The translations under genes were made by a program, and so were the position numbers. A stretch of 64,000 nucleotides of DNA from a virus: the IMG/VR virus record IMGVR_UViG_3300034045_000019. One strand, written 5' to 3'. Under the pieces are notes generated by a model. That model searched no databases and was not told where the DNA came from. It saw only the letters and a list, made by a program, of their open reading frames with translations. Shown here in pieces: positions 28,603 through 37,853 of the stretch (position 1 is the stretch's first letter; the number at the start of each line of letters is the position of its first letter).

Positions 28603-28704
28603 ATGTTCACATTTATAGTAGGCGCCGTTATTGGTGCAGTCATAGTAAAAAATATTGATAAAATAATTAAAAAATAAAAATATGTTTGTATTAAATTTAG
28701 ATAA
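28603..28704 (+). CDS. Possible small membrane peptide (33 aa)
   Basis: MFTFIVGAVIGAVIVKNIDKIIKNKKYVCIKFR, with A-rich leader before the ATG. Confidence 0.35.
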
Positions 28705-29536
28705 TGATTTTAAATATAAATCAAATGGTTTAGAACTCGAATACAAATATTTTGTATTCGCTGGCGGTGAACCTAGTATTAAAATAAAAATGCCACACGA
28801 TGCTGAGCTACACCATAGTGTTACCATTAATATTAAAATTAAATCATTTAATGATATTGGTAAATTAGTTATTGCTGTAGATGCGTTAAAAAGATTAGGA
28901 ATAAAAAAGATTAATTTATTTTCACCATATTTTCCAGGTGCTAGACAAGACAGAGTTATGGTTAAAGGTGAGTCACTAACATGTAAAGTTTATACTGATA
29001 TTATAAACTCATTATGTTTTGATGAAGTTATTATATATGATAGTCATTCAGATGTTGTGCCAGCATTATTAAATAACTGTATAAATCATTCAAATGCTGT
29101 ATTTGTAGTAAACGCGCTTAAAAAAATTATTAATGTCGGCGATGATTTTATGTTAATATCTCCAGATGCTGGTGCGAATAAAAAAATAAAAGATTTAGCT
29201 AAACAATTAATAGAGCATGGGCATAAACCGTACATTGTTAAATGCGATAAAACTAGAGATGTTGCAACAGGTAAAATATCAGGGTTTGAAGTGTATGACA
29301 CATTGATTGATGCACCAGGTATAATTGTAGATGATATTTGTGATGGCGGTGGAACATTTTTAGGATTAGGTAAAGAACTAAAAAATAAATTTGTAGACGA
29401 ATTACATTTAATTACTACACATGGCATTTATTCTAGAGGTATAGATGATTTATTAAATATGTTTAAAACTATAAGTTGCACAAACTCGTTTGTTGATACG
29501 ACATATAATGACAATATAAATATTTATAAAATATGA
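28682..29536 (+). CDS. prs: Ribose-phosphate pyrophosphokinase-like protein (PRS / Adps-like)
   Basis: FAGGE, PYFPGARQDR, DSHS, ISPDAGA, IVDDICDGGGTF, THGIYS. Confidence 0.93.
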   Translation: MFVLNLDNDFKYKSNGLELEYKYFVFAGGEPSIKIKMPHDAELHHSVTINIKIKSFNDIGKLVIAVDALKRLGIKKINLFSPYFPGARQDRVMVKGESLTCKVYTDIINSLCFDEVIIYDSHSDVVPALLNNCINHSNAVFVVNALKKIINVGDDFMLISPDAGANKKIKDLAKQLIEHGHKPYIVKCDKTRDVATGKISGFEVYDTLIDAPGIIVDDICDGGGTFLGLGKELKNKFVDELHLITTHGIYSRGIDDLLNMFKTISCTNSFVDTTYNDNINIYKI

Positions 29537-30282
29537 GGTGGCTGGTAATCGGCGATATTCATGGCGCGTTAAAAGCATTAATACAATGCTTAACCCGTTC
29601 AAATTATGACCCAGCAAAAGATGGCATTATATTCTTAGGTGATTATACAGACGGTTGGAGTGAAAGTGCACAGGTCGTAGAATATTTAATAAACTTAAAA
29701 AAAGAAAATAATAATATTATTTTTATCCGCGGAAATCATGATATGTGGATGCATGAATGGTTAATATCTGGCAAAGCTAATAATATATGGCTAGTTCATG
29801 GCGGCAAAGAATCAGTTGAAAGTTATATTTCAAGCGGGTTACTTGTTTCGGATGCACATAAAGAGTTTTTTATGTCATTAGTACCTTACTATATAACAGG
29901 TGATAATAAAGCTTTCATGCACGGCGGTTTTACTTCACGTAAAGGAGTTGGACACGAAAAGAGAGAGTCGAATTACTACTGGGATAGAAATATGTGGAGT
30001 TTGGCAATGTATGCACATGATAATAAAATAGATGTTACACCACGTAAATATAGATTTTTAAAACATAAAGAAGTTTATATCGGGCATACACCTACTATAA
30101 ATTATATTAATGATGATAATACTGATATTATTGATGTACCAATGAATAAATGTAATGTTTGGAATATGGACACTGGATGTGGTTGGAATGGAAAACTAAC
30201 AGCAATGGATATAGAGACAAAAGAAATTTATCAATCTGACAATGTATGTACACTGTACCCAAATGAAAAAGGTAGAAATTAG
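29533..30282 (+). CDS. Calcineurin-like metallophosphoesterase
   Basis: IGDIHG, FLGDYTDG, RGNHD, HGG, IGHTPT, MDTGCG. Confidence 0.93.
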   Translation: MRWLVIGDIHGALKALIQCLTRSNYDPAKDGIIFLGDYTDGWSESAQVVEYLINLKKENNNIIFIRGNHDMWMHEWLISGKANNIWLVHGGKESVESYISSGLLVSDAHKEFFMSLVPYYITGDNKAFMHGGFTSRKGVGHEKRESNYYWDRNMWSLAMYAHDNKIDVTPRKYRFLKHKEVYIGHTPTINYINDDNTDIIDVPMNKCNVWNMDTGCGWNGKLTAMDIETKEIYQSDNVCTLYPNEKGRN

Positions 30283-30336
30283 TTTCTACCTTTTTACGTT
30301 AATTAAATATTTATAACTATAATTTTTAAAAAAAAT

Positions 30337-31917
30337 ATGAATAATTTACAAAATATGTTTAAAAATGACATAAACCCGTTCTTAGCAACAGATGGGTATA
30401 AAACGGCACATCATAATATGTACCCAGACAGAACTGAACTCGTATTATCTAATTGGACGGCTAGACATGGCAAGCACTCAAATATAAAAAATAGCAAAGG
30501 TGTTATAGTTGTTGGCGCATCTATGGTCTTTCAGAAAATTGTTGAAATGTTTGATAAAACATTTTTTTTTACTGATAGACGTGACGCAATTAACAACTTA
30601 AATATTGATGAGCCTACTAAATCAAAATTATTAATCAATTTGCGAGATGAAGCGTGTTTGCCAATTAAACATGTATATTCTGCATATTTAGGATTTAATT
30701 ATGATATTAGTCATATCGAAGAATTATGGGATTATGGAAAATTACCAGTTAAAGTTAAAACAATAAGAGAAGGCCATTTTGTAAATTACGGTGTACCGTC
30801 ATTAACTATACATAATGTTGGAAAACAATTTTTTTGGGTAACTAACTTTTTAGAAACGTTAATTTCTAATATGCTATGGATGCCAATGACCGCTGCAACA
30901 ACAGCCTTTGAATATAAAAAAATATTAACAAAATACGCAAAAGAAACAGATATAGATAATTTAGATTTTGTGTCATTTCAAGGACATAATTTTTCAATGC
31001 GTGGAATGGCTGGGTTAGATGCTACTGTGTCTGCGGGTATTGGACATGCCTCATCATTTATGGGAGATGATTCGTTACCTACTATTTACGCAGCTTATAA
31101 ATATTACAAAGAAACCGCAATGCCAGTTTTTGGTGTACCTGCATCTGAACATTCAGTTATGTGCAGTGGTACAAAAGATGATGAACTTGGCACATTTAGA
31201 CATTTAATGAAACAATATCCAACTGGAATATTAAGTATAGTATCTGATACTTGGAATTTATGGGATGTTTTAACTAAATACTTACCTATTCTTAAAGACG
31301 AAATTCTTGCAAGAGATGGAAAAATTGTAATAAGACCTGATAGTGGTGACCCTGTTGATATTATTTGTGGTACTTACACCGGGACTGATTATGTAAAATT
31401 ACAAAATAGAAAAAATTGGACACCACAAGAAAAAGGATTAATCGAACTTCTTTGGGATTTATTCGGGGGTACAATTAACTCACAAGGTTATAAAGTATTA
31501 GACCCACATATTGGTGCTATTTATGGTGATAGTATTACATTAGAACGAGCTGACCGTATTTGTGATAGACTAAAAGCAAAAGGTTTTGCTACAACAAATA
31601 TTGTATTAGGCATTGGCTCATACACATATCAATATGTTACAAGAGATACGCATGGGTTTGCAATGAAAGCTACATATGTTGAAGTTAATGGCGACGGTAG
31701 AGAAATATTTAAAGATCCAATAACTGGGGACGGGACTAAAAAATCAGCAAAAGGCTTAATATCAGTAAAATTAGAAAATGGAAAATATGTATTGAATGAC
31801 CAATGTACATTTGAAGACATGGAGAATGATGATATGTTAGTATTATTTAATGATGGCAAATTTGTATATCAACCATCATTAGTAGAAATAAGATTAGAAA
31901 TTAATAAACAAATATAA
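30337..31917 (+). CDS. nadV: Nicotinamide phosphoribosyltransferase-like protein (NAMPT / Namat-like)
   Basis: ATDGYKTAH, VPASEHSVM, SIVSDTW, VIRPDSGDP, IYGDSIT, KDPITGDGTKKSAKG. Confidence 0.95.
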   Translation: MNNLQNMFKNDINPFLATDGYKTAHHNMYPDRTELVLSNWTARHGKHSNIKNSKGVIVVGASMVFQKIVEMFDKTFFFTDRRDAINNLNIDEPTKSKLLINLRDEACLPIKHVYSAYLGFNYDISHIEELWDYGKLPVKVKTIREGHFVNYGVPSLTIHNVGKQFFWVTNFLETLISNMLWMPMTAATTAFEYKKILTKYAKETDIDNLDFVSFQGHNFSMRGMAGLDATVSAGIGHASSFMGDDSLPTIYAAYKYYKETAMPVFGVPASEHSVMCSGTKDDELGTFRHLMKQYPTGILSIVSDTWNLWDVLTKYLPILKDEILARDGKIVIRPDSGDPVDIICGTYTGTDYVKLQNRKNWTPQEKGLIELLWDLFGGTINSQGYKVLDPHIGAIYGDSITLERADRICDRLKAKGFATTNIVLGIGSYTYQYVTRDTHGFAMKATYVEVNGDGREIFKDPITGDGTKKSAKGLISVKLENGKYVLNDQCTFEDMENDDMLVLFNDGKFVYQPSLVEIRLEINKQI

Positions 31918-33137
31918 TGGAGTCAAAAATTTATAGTAAAAAAGAAGAATATATCATTAAGCATTGGTTTGATGATATTAAATATGTTGCTAATGCGTTA
32001 GGAAAATCTGAGAAATGGGTAAAAAAACGAGCATTAAAAATAGCAACACATTTTAATAGCACACAAAAAACTGGAAGTGTCGTTTTTGATTTTAACGATT
32101 TATTGCTTATCATAAATAATTGGAACTCTAAACTTGTATTTATACCAGGAACAATATCAGTTCTAAATGAAAAAATCATTTCACAATACAAAAAAAAATT
32201 ATTAAGACGAAACGCGAGTAGTTTAGAAAATTATATTTGTGATATGTTAAATGCACCGAGAAAAATAGACAGAGAAAAACTAACAGAGAAAAATAAAAGC
32301 CGCAATAATAAACGCTGGAGCGATAAAGAAATACATGCACTTAAAAAAATGTGTAAAGGCGGAGCAAGTTATAATGATATTATGCGTAAATTAAAACGCA
32401 GTTTAAATTCAGTTAGTGGGAAAATGCGTAAACTTGGCATAACAAACAAAAAAAGAAGCGAACCATATATCTGGGATGACGAAAAATTTGAAAAATTAAT
32501 AAAATATTATAACAAAGGTTATAAATATAGTAAAATTGCAAAGAAAATGAATACATCTATAAGTGTTATAGATAGGGGTTTGCAAAAATTACGTAGAAGT
32601 GGCAGCATAGATCTTACACGTCGTGGTAAAAGTAAAAACAAAGTAAAATTATATAATTTAGTATGGATTGATAATTATGTTTATGTGCTCGGTGACACAG
32701 TTGATTATGTTAGTAAAGGTGACTGGTTTATATTAGATGGCAAAGTTGAAAATAATTTTGAGCTTATATTAAAATCTAACAGTAACGCGCATAAAATTAT
32801 CATAACAAATAATCCGGATATTGAATTACCACAAATAAATGAGCCAACAGCTAAATTATTAAAGGAATTAAATTGTAACACCATAAATGTTGCGACGATA
32901 AAAGAAACATATTTGTACGTAGACCCACCTTTTGGATGGCAGTACGGGTTTCCAAAAAAATATAATAAAAAAACAGACGGTGATATAAATGCATTTTTTA
33001 TATCAAACGGTTACCCGGCTGAACACTTAAATAGCGGATGGTTTTATTACAGTGCCACAAAAATGGTTGAAACAAAAATCGTGACGCATGGGATTTATGC
33101 TGAGTGTTATATAAAATTAAAAAAAGAATCTAATTGA
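31917..33137 (+). CDS. Mosaic protein with Myb/GcrA-like HTH repeats and a DPPFGWQYGFPK module
   Basis: RWSDKEIHALKKM..YNDIMRKLKRSLNSV and WDDEKFEKLIKYY..YSKIAKKM HTH-like units. Confidence 0.6.
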   Translation: MESKIYSKKEEYIIKHWFDDIKYVANALGKSEKWVKKRALKIATHFNSTQKTGSVVFDFNDLLLIINNWNSKLVFIPGTISVLNEKIISQYKKKLLRRNASSLENYICDMLNAPRKIDREKLTEKNKSRNNKRWSDKEIHALKKMCKGGASYNDIMRKLKRSLNSVSGKMRKLGITNKKRSEPYIWDDEKFEKLIKYYNKGYKYSKIAKKMNTSISVIDRGLQKLRRSGSIDLTRRGKSKNKVKLYNLVWIDNYVYVLGDTVDYVSKGDWFILDGKVENNFELILKSNSNAHKIIITNNPDIELPQINEPTAKLLKELNCNTINVATIKETYLYVDPPFGWQYGFPKKYNKKTDGDINAFFISNGYPAEHLNSGWFYYSATKMVETKIVTHGIYAECYIKLKKESN

Positions 33138-33189
33138 TTCTTTTTTTAATTTATAAATGATTCCTGACGAAATATATCTTGTTAGTTTA

Positions 33190-33687
33190 CTAAATATATT
33201 CAACACTATCTATATCGTCTAAACCATATTTTTCTTTTAATTCTTTGATAATAATATTAGAATATTTATTATCCAATAATAAAAATATATTCCAAATATT
33301 ATCAGAAAAATAGCCAGATAATTCAATAAATATTTCAGTTTTACTATAACCATGAAAATTTAATTCTGTTAAAATTAATTCAAAGTATTCATTGAATATT
33401 ATTTTTGATGGTTTTCTTCTTGGCGCTTTAATATCAATGTTTGTTTGATTGTCTAATATTTTAATAATTTCACGTTTTAATCTATTATCACGGTAATAGT
33501 CAACACTACTTTTTAATTCATTAGTATCAATTCTGCTCGTATCAATATCTAATGCCCCACCTGCATTTTTTATAATATGTTCAGATTCATACTCTTCATT
33601 TTTACCGTCGCGTTTGCCACGAAAAATTGTATCAAATGTTAATGAATGTTTACCTATTAATTTTGCATTTTTCTTTTTTTTTGCCAT
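33190..33687 (-). CDS. Hypothetical protein
   Basis: 165-aa ORF downstream of the helicase. Confidence 0.8.
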   Translation of the reverse strand: MAKKKKNAKLIGKHSLTFDTIFRGKRDGKNEEYESEHIIKNAGGALDIDTSRIDTNELKSSVDYYRDNRLKREIIKILDNQTNIDIKAPRRKPSKIIFNEYFELILTELNFHGYSKTEIFIELSGYFSDNIWNIFLLLDNKYSNIIIKELKEKYGLDDIDSVEYI

Positions 33688-33709
33688 TTTTTTTCTTTTC
33701 CTTTTTTTT

Positions 33710-35032
33710 TTATATAACGTGTGATATATAATGATCTGAATCGATACGTAACGTTTTTTTATTCAAATTGAAACCAACTCGGTCGAAATCTGTCGCACTG
33801 TCTCTTAACTTAACCGGTTTTAGATGATACTTTCCTTCTACTTTCATTGGCGGTGTCATAATTATACCCCATGCACTATCAGCAGTATCGGCGATTGCTT
33901 TTGATTCTGGTATATCATTTAATGCTGCGTCATTTACGCCGTATTTTTCTTTAGCTGTTTGTGTCGCACTTAATGCAACTAAATTATGTCGTTGGGCAAT
34001 AGCTCTTAACCCAACTGCTAAATGTTCGCCTTTTAAATACAGCATATTACGATCCACATTTCGTTCAGTGCCCATAATTTGTAAATAATCTATAACTAAC
34101 ATATCTAATGATATACCGGTTTCATCTTTAACTAATTTAATATATCTTTCTAAATCAGATAATGTCGCACTACCGGACGGGTATTCTTGTATAAACAATT
34201 TTCCTGGTTTTTGCCCAAACATACCATTATCATTATTAACAGATTTTATACGTTCTTTTATAAATTCGGTGTCTCTTGACAATTCAGTATATTCTGCAAT
34301 TGGTATATTTAATCTCATTGATCCTATTCGTTTCAAACACTTTTTATCACTTAATTCTAATGTTATATATGCTACATTAAAACCTTGATTAACTGCGTTC
34401 ACTGCAAAATTTTGTAAAAATAAAGATTTACCACTACCTGGTGCGCCAAATAATATGTTTAATGTTTTTCTGTCCCATCCGCCATCAGTCATACCATCAA
34501 CACAATCATACCCAGTAGGTATTTTATTTACTTCAGTATTTTGATTATGTGCGTCTGGGTCGTCAAAGTCTAAACCAATTGATGGTTTATCTAATTGCAC
34601 ATTAAATGAAGTGTCTAATATATATTTTATGTTGGCTAATTTTTCTTCAACTTGTGATAAATCAGTTTTGTCAATTAGTTTAATTTCTTCATATGCTTCG
34701 ATTAATCCGTTAATTGACGAATTTGACAAAACCCATGCTTTAAATCGTGGTACAACAAATTGTTCTCTATAATCATTTATAAAATCTATTTTTAATAATG
34801 ATTTAACAAAACCTGTTTCAATTTTATTTTCTTTGTCTGCAATTTGGACGAGGTTTAAAATTTCTTTGTTTGTTGGTAATTCTTTTATTTCAGATAATTC
34901 ATATTCATTTTTAACTACTGAATAAACAAAACCAATACCGTCGTTTTCAAAAAAATGTGAATCGACCATTTTAAAAAATTGTGGGTTTTTAAAAACCCAA
35001 TTCATATATATTTTTTCTAAATTGCTTGTCAT
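33710..35032 (-). CDS. dnaB: Replicative helicase (T4 gp41/DnaB-like)
   Basis: GAPGSGKS, YITLEL, IDYLQIM, SATQ motifs. Confidence 0.92.
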   Translation of the reverse strand: MTSNLEKIYMNWVFKNPQFFKMVDSHFFENDGIGFVYSVVKNEYELSEIKELPTNKEILNLVQIADKENKIETGFVKSLLKIDFINDYREQFVVPRFKAWVLSNSSINGLIEAYEEIKLIDKTDLSQVEEKLANIKYILDTSFNVQLDKPSIGLDFDDPDAHNQNTEVNKIPTGYDCVDGMTDGGWDRKTLNILFGAPGSGKSLFLQNFAVNAVNQGFNVAYITLELSDKKCLKRIGSMRLNIPIAEYTELSRDTEFIKERIKSVNNDNGMFGQKPGKLFIQEYPSGSATLSDLERYIKLVKDETGISLDMLVIDYLQIMGTERNVDRNMLYLKGEHLAVGLRAIAQRHNLVALSATQTAKEKYGVNDAALNDIPESKAIADTADSAWGIIMTPPMKVEGKYHLKPVKLRDSATDFDRVGFNLNKKTLRIDSDHYISHVI

Positions 35033-35037
35033 ATTGA

Positions 35038-35064
35038 ATTATACTGAAAAATAATTCTTTGTTT
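35038..35064 (-). promoter_or_regulatory. Putative phage middle promoter AAAC-N17-TATAAT
   Basis: Immediately upstream of the helicase ATG. Confidence 0.5.
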
Positions 35065-35126
35065 GTTTTTTTTATTATAAATAAAATGGCTATAATTATT
35101 ATAAGTAATCATTAATAAATTAAAAT

Positions 35127-36176
35127 ATGCCTGTTAATATAATAAAAAAAAATAACGAAAAAACATTAAAAACATACAGTGATTTATCACCAGCTAAACA
35201 AACTAAAGTAAAAAACTTATATGAAACGCTAAACTCGGATAACTCTAATACTGTGATAGATTTTGGTGTAACTGTGCAAAACAAACTCGGTGCTAACTCT
35301 GATGTTTTTTTAACTAATGTACGATTAGATAAATCAGACGAAGTAGGACAGGCTATAAATACGTTATTAAGTGAAATTAACGAATTAGATGTTAACGGGG
35401 TGTCTACTGGCAAATTTAGTAATTTTTTATCTAAAATTCCGTTACTTAACAAATTCACTAACAATGTAAAAAAGTTCATTAAAAAATATGATACAGTAGC
35501 AGTAAATATTGATGATATTGTTAAAACACTAGACCAAGCGAGACTTAATATTATTAAAGATAATACTAAACTCGCATCATTGTTTGACTCCTCGTTAGAG
35601 TCAATTGAAGAATTAGAATTACTTATTATTGCTGCGCAAACAAAAATTGATGACACCAATGCAGAAATTCAAAAAATGATAGAAAGTAATGCGAATCAAA
35701 TTGAAATTGACACAAAAAAAGATTTTATATACAGACTAGAAAAAAGATTGCATGATATGATGTTAACTAGAACGATAACAATTCAAACTCTACCACAAAT
35801 TAGAATTGTACAAGGTAATAATATAACATTAGCAGAAAAGGTTCGTTCAAGTATTAATACAACTATACCTGTGTGGAAAACACAAATTGCTATGTCTTTA
35901 GCACTAATTGATCAAAAGAAAATATCTGATTTAGATAATAAAATGCGGGAAACCACGGCATTAATTTTAACGAAAAACGCAGCACAACTGAAATTAAATT
36001 CTATACAAATAACACAACAAAATGAGCAATCAATTGTTGATATGGAAACTATTAACAAAGTACAAAACGACTTAATAGAAACATTGTCAGAAATTAAAAA
36101 AATCAAAGAGATAGGAACACAAAATAGGCAAAACGCATTGGCTGAATTAAATGAAATTAAAAAGGTTTTATCGTAA
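35127..36176 (+). CDS. telA: Toxic anion resistance protein TelA family
   Basis: LPQIRIVQGNNITLAEKVRSSINTTIPVWKTQIAMSL signature, coiled coil. Confidence 0.9.
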   Translation: MPVNIIKKNNEKTLKTYSDLSPAKQTKVKNLYETLNSDNSNTVIDFGVTVQNKLGANSDVFLTNVRLDKSDEVGQAINTLLSEINELDVNGVSTGKFSNFLSKIPLLNKFTNNVKKFIKKYDTVAVNIDDIVKTLDQARLNIIKDNTKLASLFDSSLESIEELELLIIAAQTKIDDTNAEIQKMIESNANQIEIDTKKDFIYRLEKRLHDMMLTRTITIQTLPQIRIVQGNNITLAEKVRSSINTTIPVWKTQIAMSLALIDQKKISDLDNKMRETTALILTKNAAQLKLNSIQITQQNEQSIVDMETINKVQNDLIETLSEIKKIKEIGTQNRQNALAELNEIKKVLS

Positions 36177-36180
36177 TATT

Positions 36181-37257
36181 ATGAATATATTTAAAAGATT
36201 ACTTTGGTGGAGACTGTCGTATACTGACGATGAAACTGGTCAAGAAAGCGAGTTAGGTGAAGTTATAGGCACACCGGATATGTCAGAAAACGATAAAATC
36301 GCTGAAAGAATATTAAAAGAGTCTATTGACAGTGTACATGTTTTAAAAACATCTTTTCCGGATATAATAAAAAATAAGTTAGTTGCTACTATTGTTGAAA
36401 AAATAAGTGATATTCATGATATTTATGCAAAAGAATTCGCTAATGACACTCACGCATTACGTAAATTGCAACAATTTCATTACTACTACACTAACCACTT
36501 CGTTAAAGTACTGACACAACTCGCAAAAAAGAAAGAAAAAGAAAATGCCGTATACACAAACGACATAAAAAAAATTAACAACAATATAAAAACGCTAAGT
36601 AATAATAATAATACATCGTTTAATGTAAATGATGATATGTATAAACATGTTATATATGAAATTATATTTGGTTTAGTGTTAACCGTCGATGGCAATAATT
36701 ATGTTACTAAACACACTGTACCGCAGTTAAATAGAGTATTAAAATTATATGCAAATATAATACCATACGCATTATTTGATAAATTAAAATTGCCTAATGA
36801 ATTTACCGAAACTGGTAGTATATGTATAAGTAATGAATTAATTAGTGATATTAAACAACATCATTATGATATTAAGTATGTTAATTTGTACAGATACGAC
36901 GATAATATTGTTATATTATTTAATATATTAAACACTGATGTACATTTTGTCTTTTCTGCACTCACAAATAGTTATATTAAGATAGATACGGACACGTTTA
37001 ATGAGTTTAAATTATACAAAGATACATTATTCAAACAAAATATTAAACAGTTGAATAAAAACAAATTATTACTAGCCAAATTAATAGCAGAGCACAAACC
37101 GTATGAGTTAGATGAAAATACGATGAAGACATTAACAAATTTATTAAAGAAAATTAATAAAGACGATGTATTTAACATTTGTAATAATGATAGTGACCTT
37201 AATAATGTAGTAAATGAACTAAATGCTGTTATAGATACCAAAAAAATAGACATATAA
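36181..37257 (+). CDS. XpaC-like (5-bromo-4-chloroindolyl phosphate hydrolysis family) protein
   Basis: FHYYYTNHFVKVL resembles the XpaC motif; adjacent to telA; start moved to MNIF. Confidence 0.5.
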   Translation: MNIFKRLLWWRLSYTDDETGQESELGEVIGTPDMSENDKIAERILKESIDSVHVLKTSFPDIIKNKLVATIVEKISDIHDIYAKEFANDTHALRKLQQFHYYYTNHFVKVLTQLAKKKEKENAVYTNDIKKINNNIKTLSNNNNTSFNVNDDMYKHVIYEIIFGLVLTVDGNNYVTKHTVPQLNRVLKLYANIIPYALFDKLKLPNEFTETGSICISNELISDIKQHHYDIKYVNLYRYDDNIVILFNILNTDVHFVFSALTNSYIKIDTDTFNEFKLYKDTLFKQNIKQLNKNKLLLAKLIAEHKPYELDENTMKTLTNLLKKINKDDVFNICNNDSDLNNVVNELNAVIDTKKIDI

Positions 37258-37258
37258 T

Positions 37259-37738
37259 ATGAAAAGTATATCAACCGATAATATAGAGTTACAATTAATA
37301 TCAAAAAACAATGTTGATTTTGTTGCATTCGGATTAGATGGTAACAATAAACTAACCACAGACAATTTCATTTTTTATAATAATATTAAAAATGATTATA
37401 TTTCAGTTTTAACATCACGTAAACTTGATGGCCTGCGCAGTGTCAATTCGATATTTAGTATTAATTTATCAAAAGCACCAGAAAACATTAAACGAATATT
37501 AATAACATCAATGACTATGTTAACTAACTTAACTGTATCAACGAATGAATATGGGCATGAGACTAATACAACTTATGACTTAACTGATAATAAATACCCG
37601 TATAAAATTGCAATTGTTGCTGAATATGTAAAACGTGGTAATGTTTGGTATAATAAAGTTAGTTCGTATGAATTAATTAATTACACAGTTGAACAGTTAA
37701 TTAATGCATATTACGATGGTGTGGTGCTAACAAACTAA
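37259..37738 (+). CDS. terD: TerD/TerZ-like stress protein (degenerate)
   Basis: AFGLDGNNKLTTDNFIFYNN, INLSKAPENIKRILI, EYVKRGNVW. Confidence 0.65.
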   Translation: MKSISTDNIELQLISKNNVDFVAFGLDGNNKLTTDNFIFYNNIKNDYISVLTSRKLDGLRSVNSIFSINLSKAPENIKRILITSMTMLTNLTVSTNEYGHETNTTYDLTDNKYPYKIAIVAEYVKRGNVWYNKVSSYELINYTVEQLINAYYDGVVLTN

Positions 37739-37801
37739 ATACTAATTTTTAACTATATACAACATTTTATTTGTTGACGATATTATACTACTTATTAAAA
37801 T

Positions 37802-37838
37802 AAAAAAAACCTATAAATTAATTTATAGGTTTTTTTTT
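37802..37838. terminator. Bidirectional intrinsic terminator
   Basis: AAAAAAAACCTATAAAT-TA-ATTTATAGGTTTTTTTT between convergent terD and uvsX. Confidence 0.8.
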
Positions 37839-37853
37839 ATGTTAAATATTATG

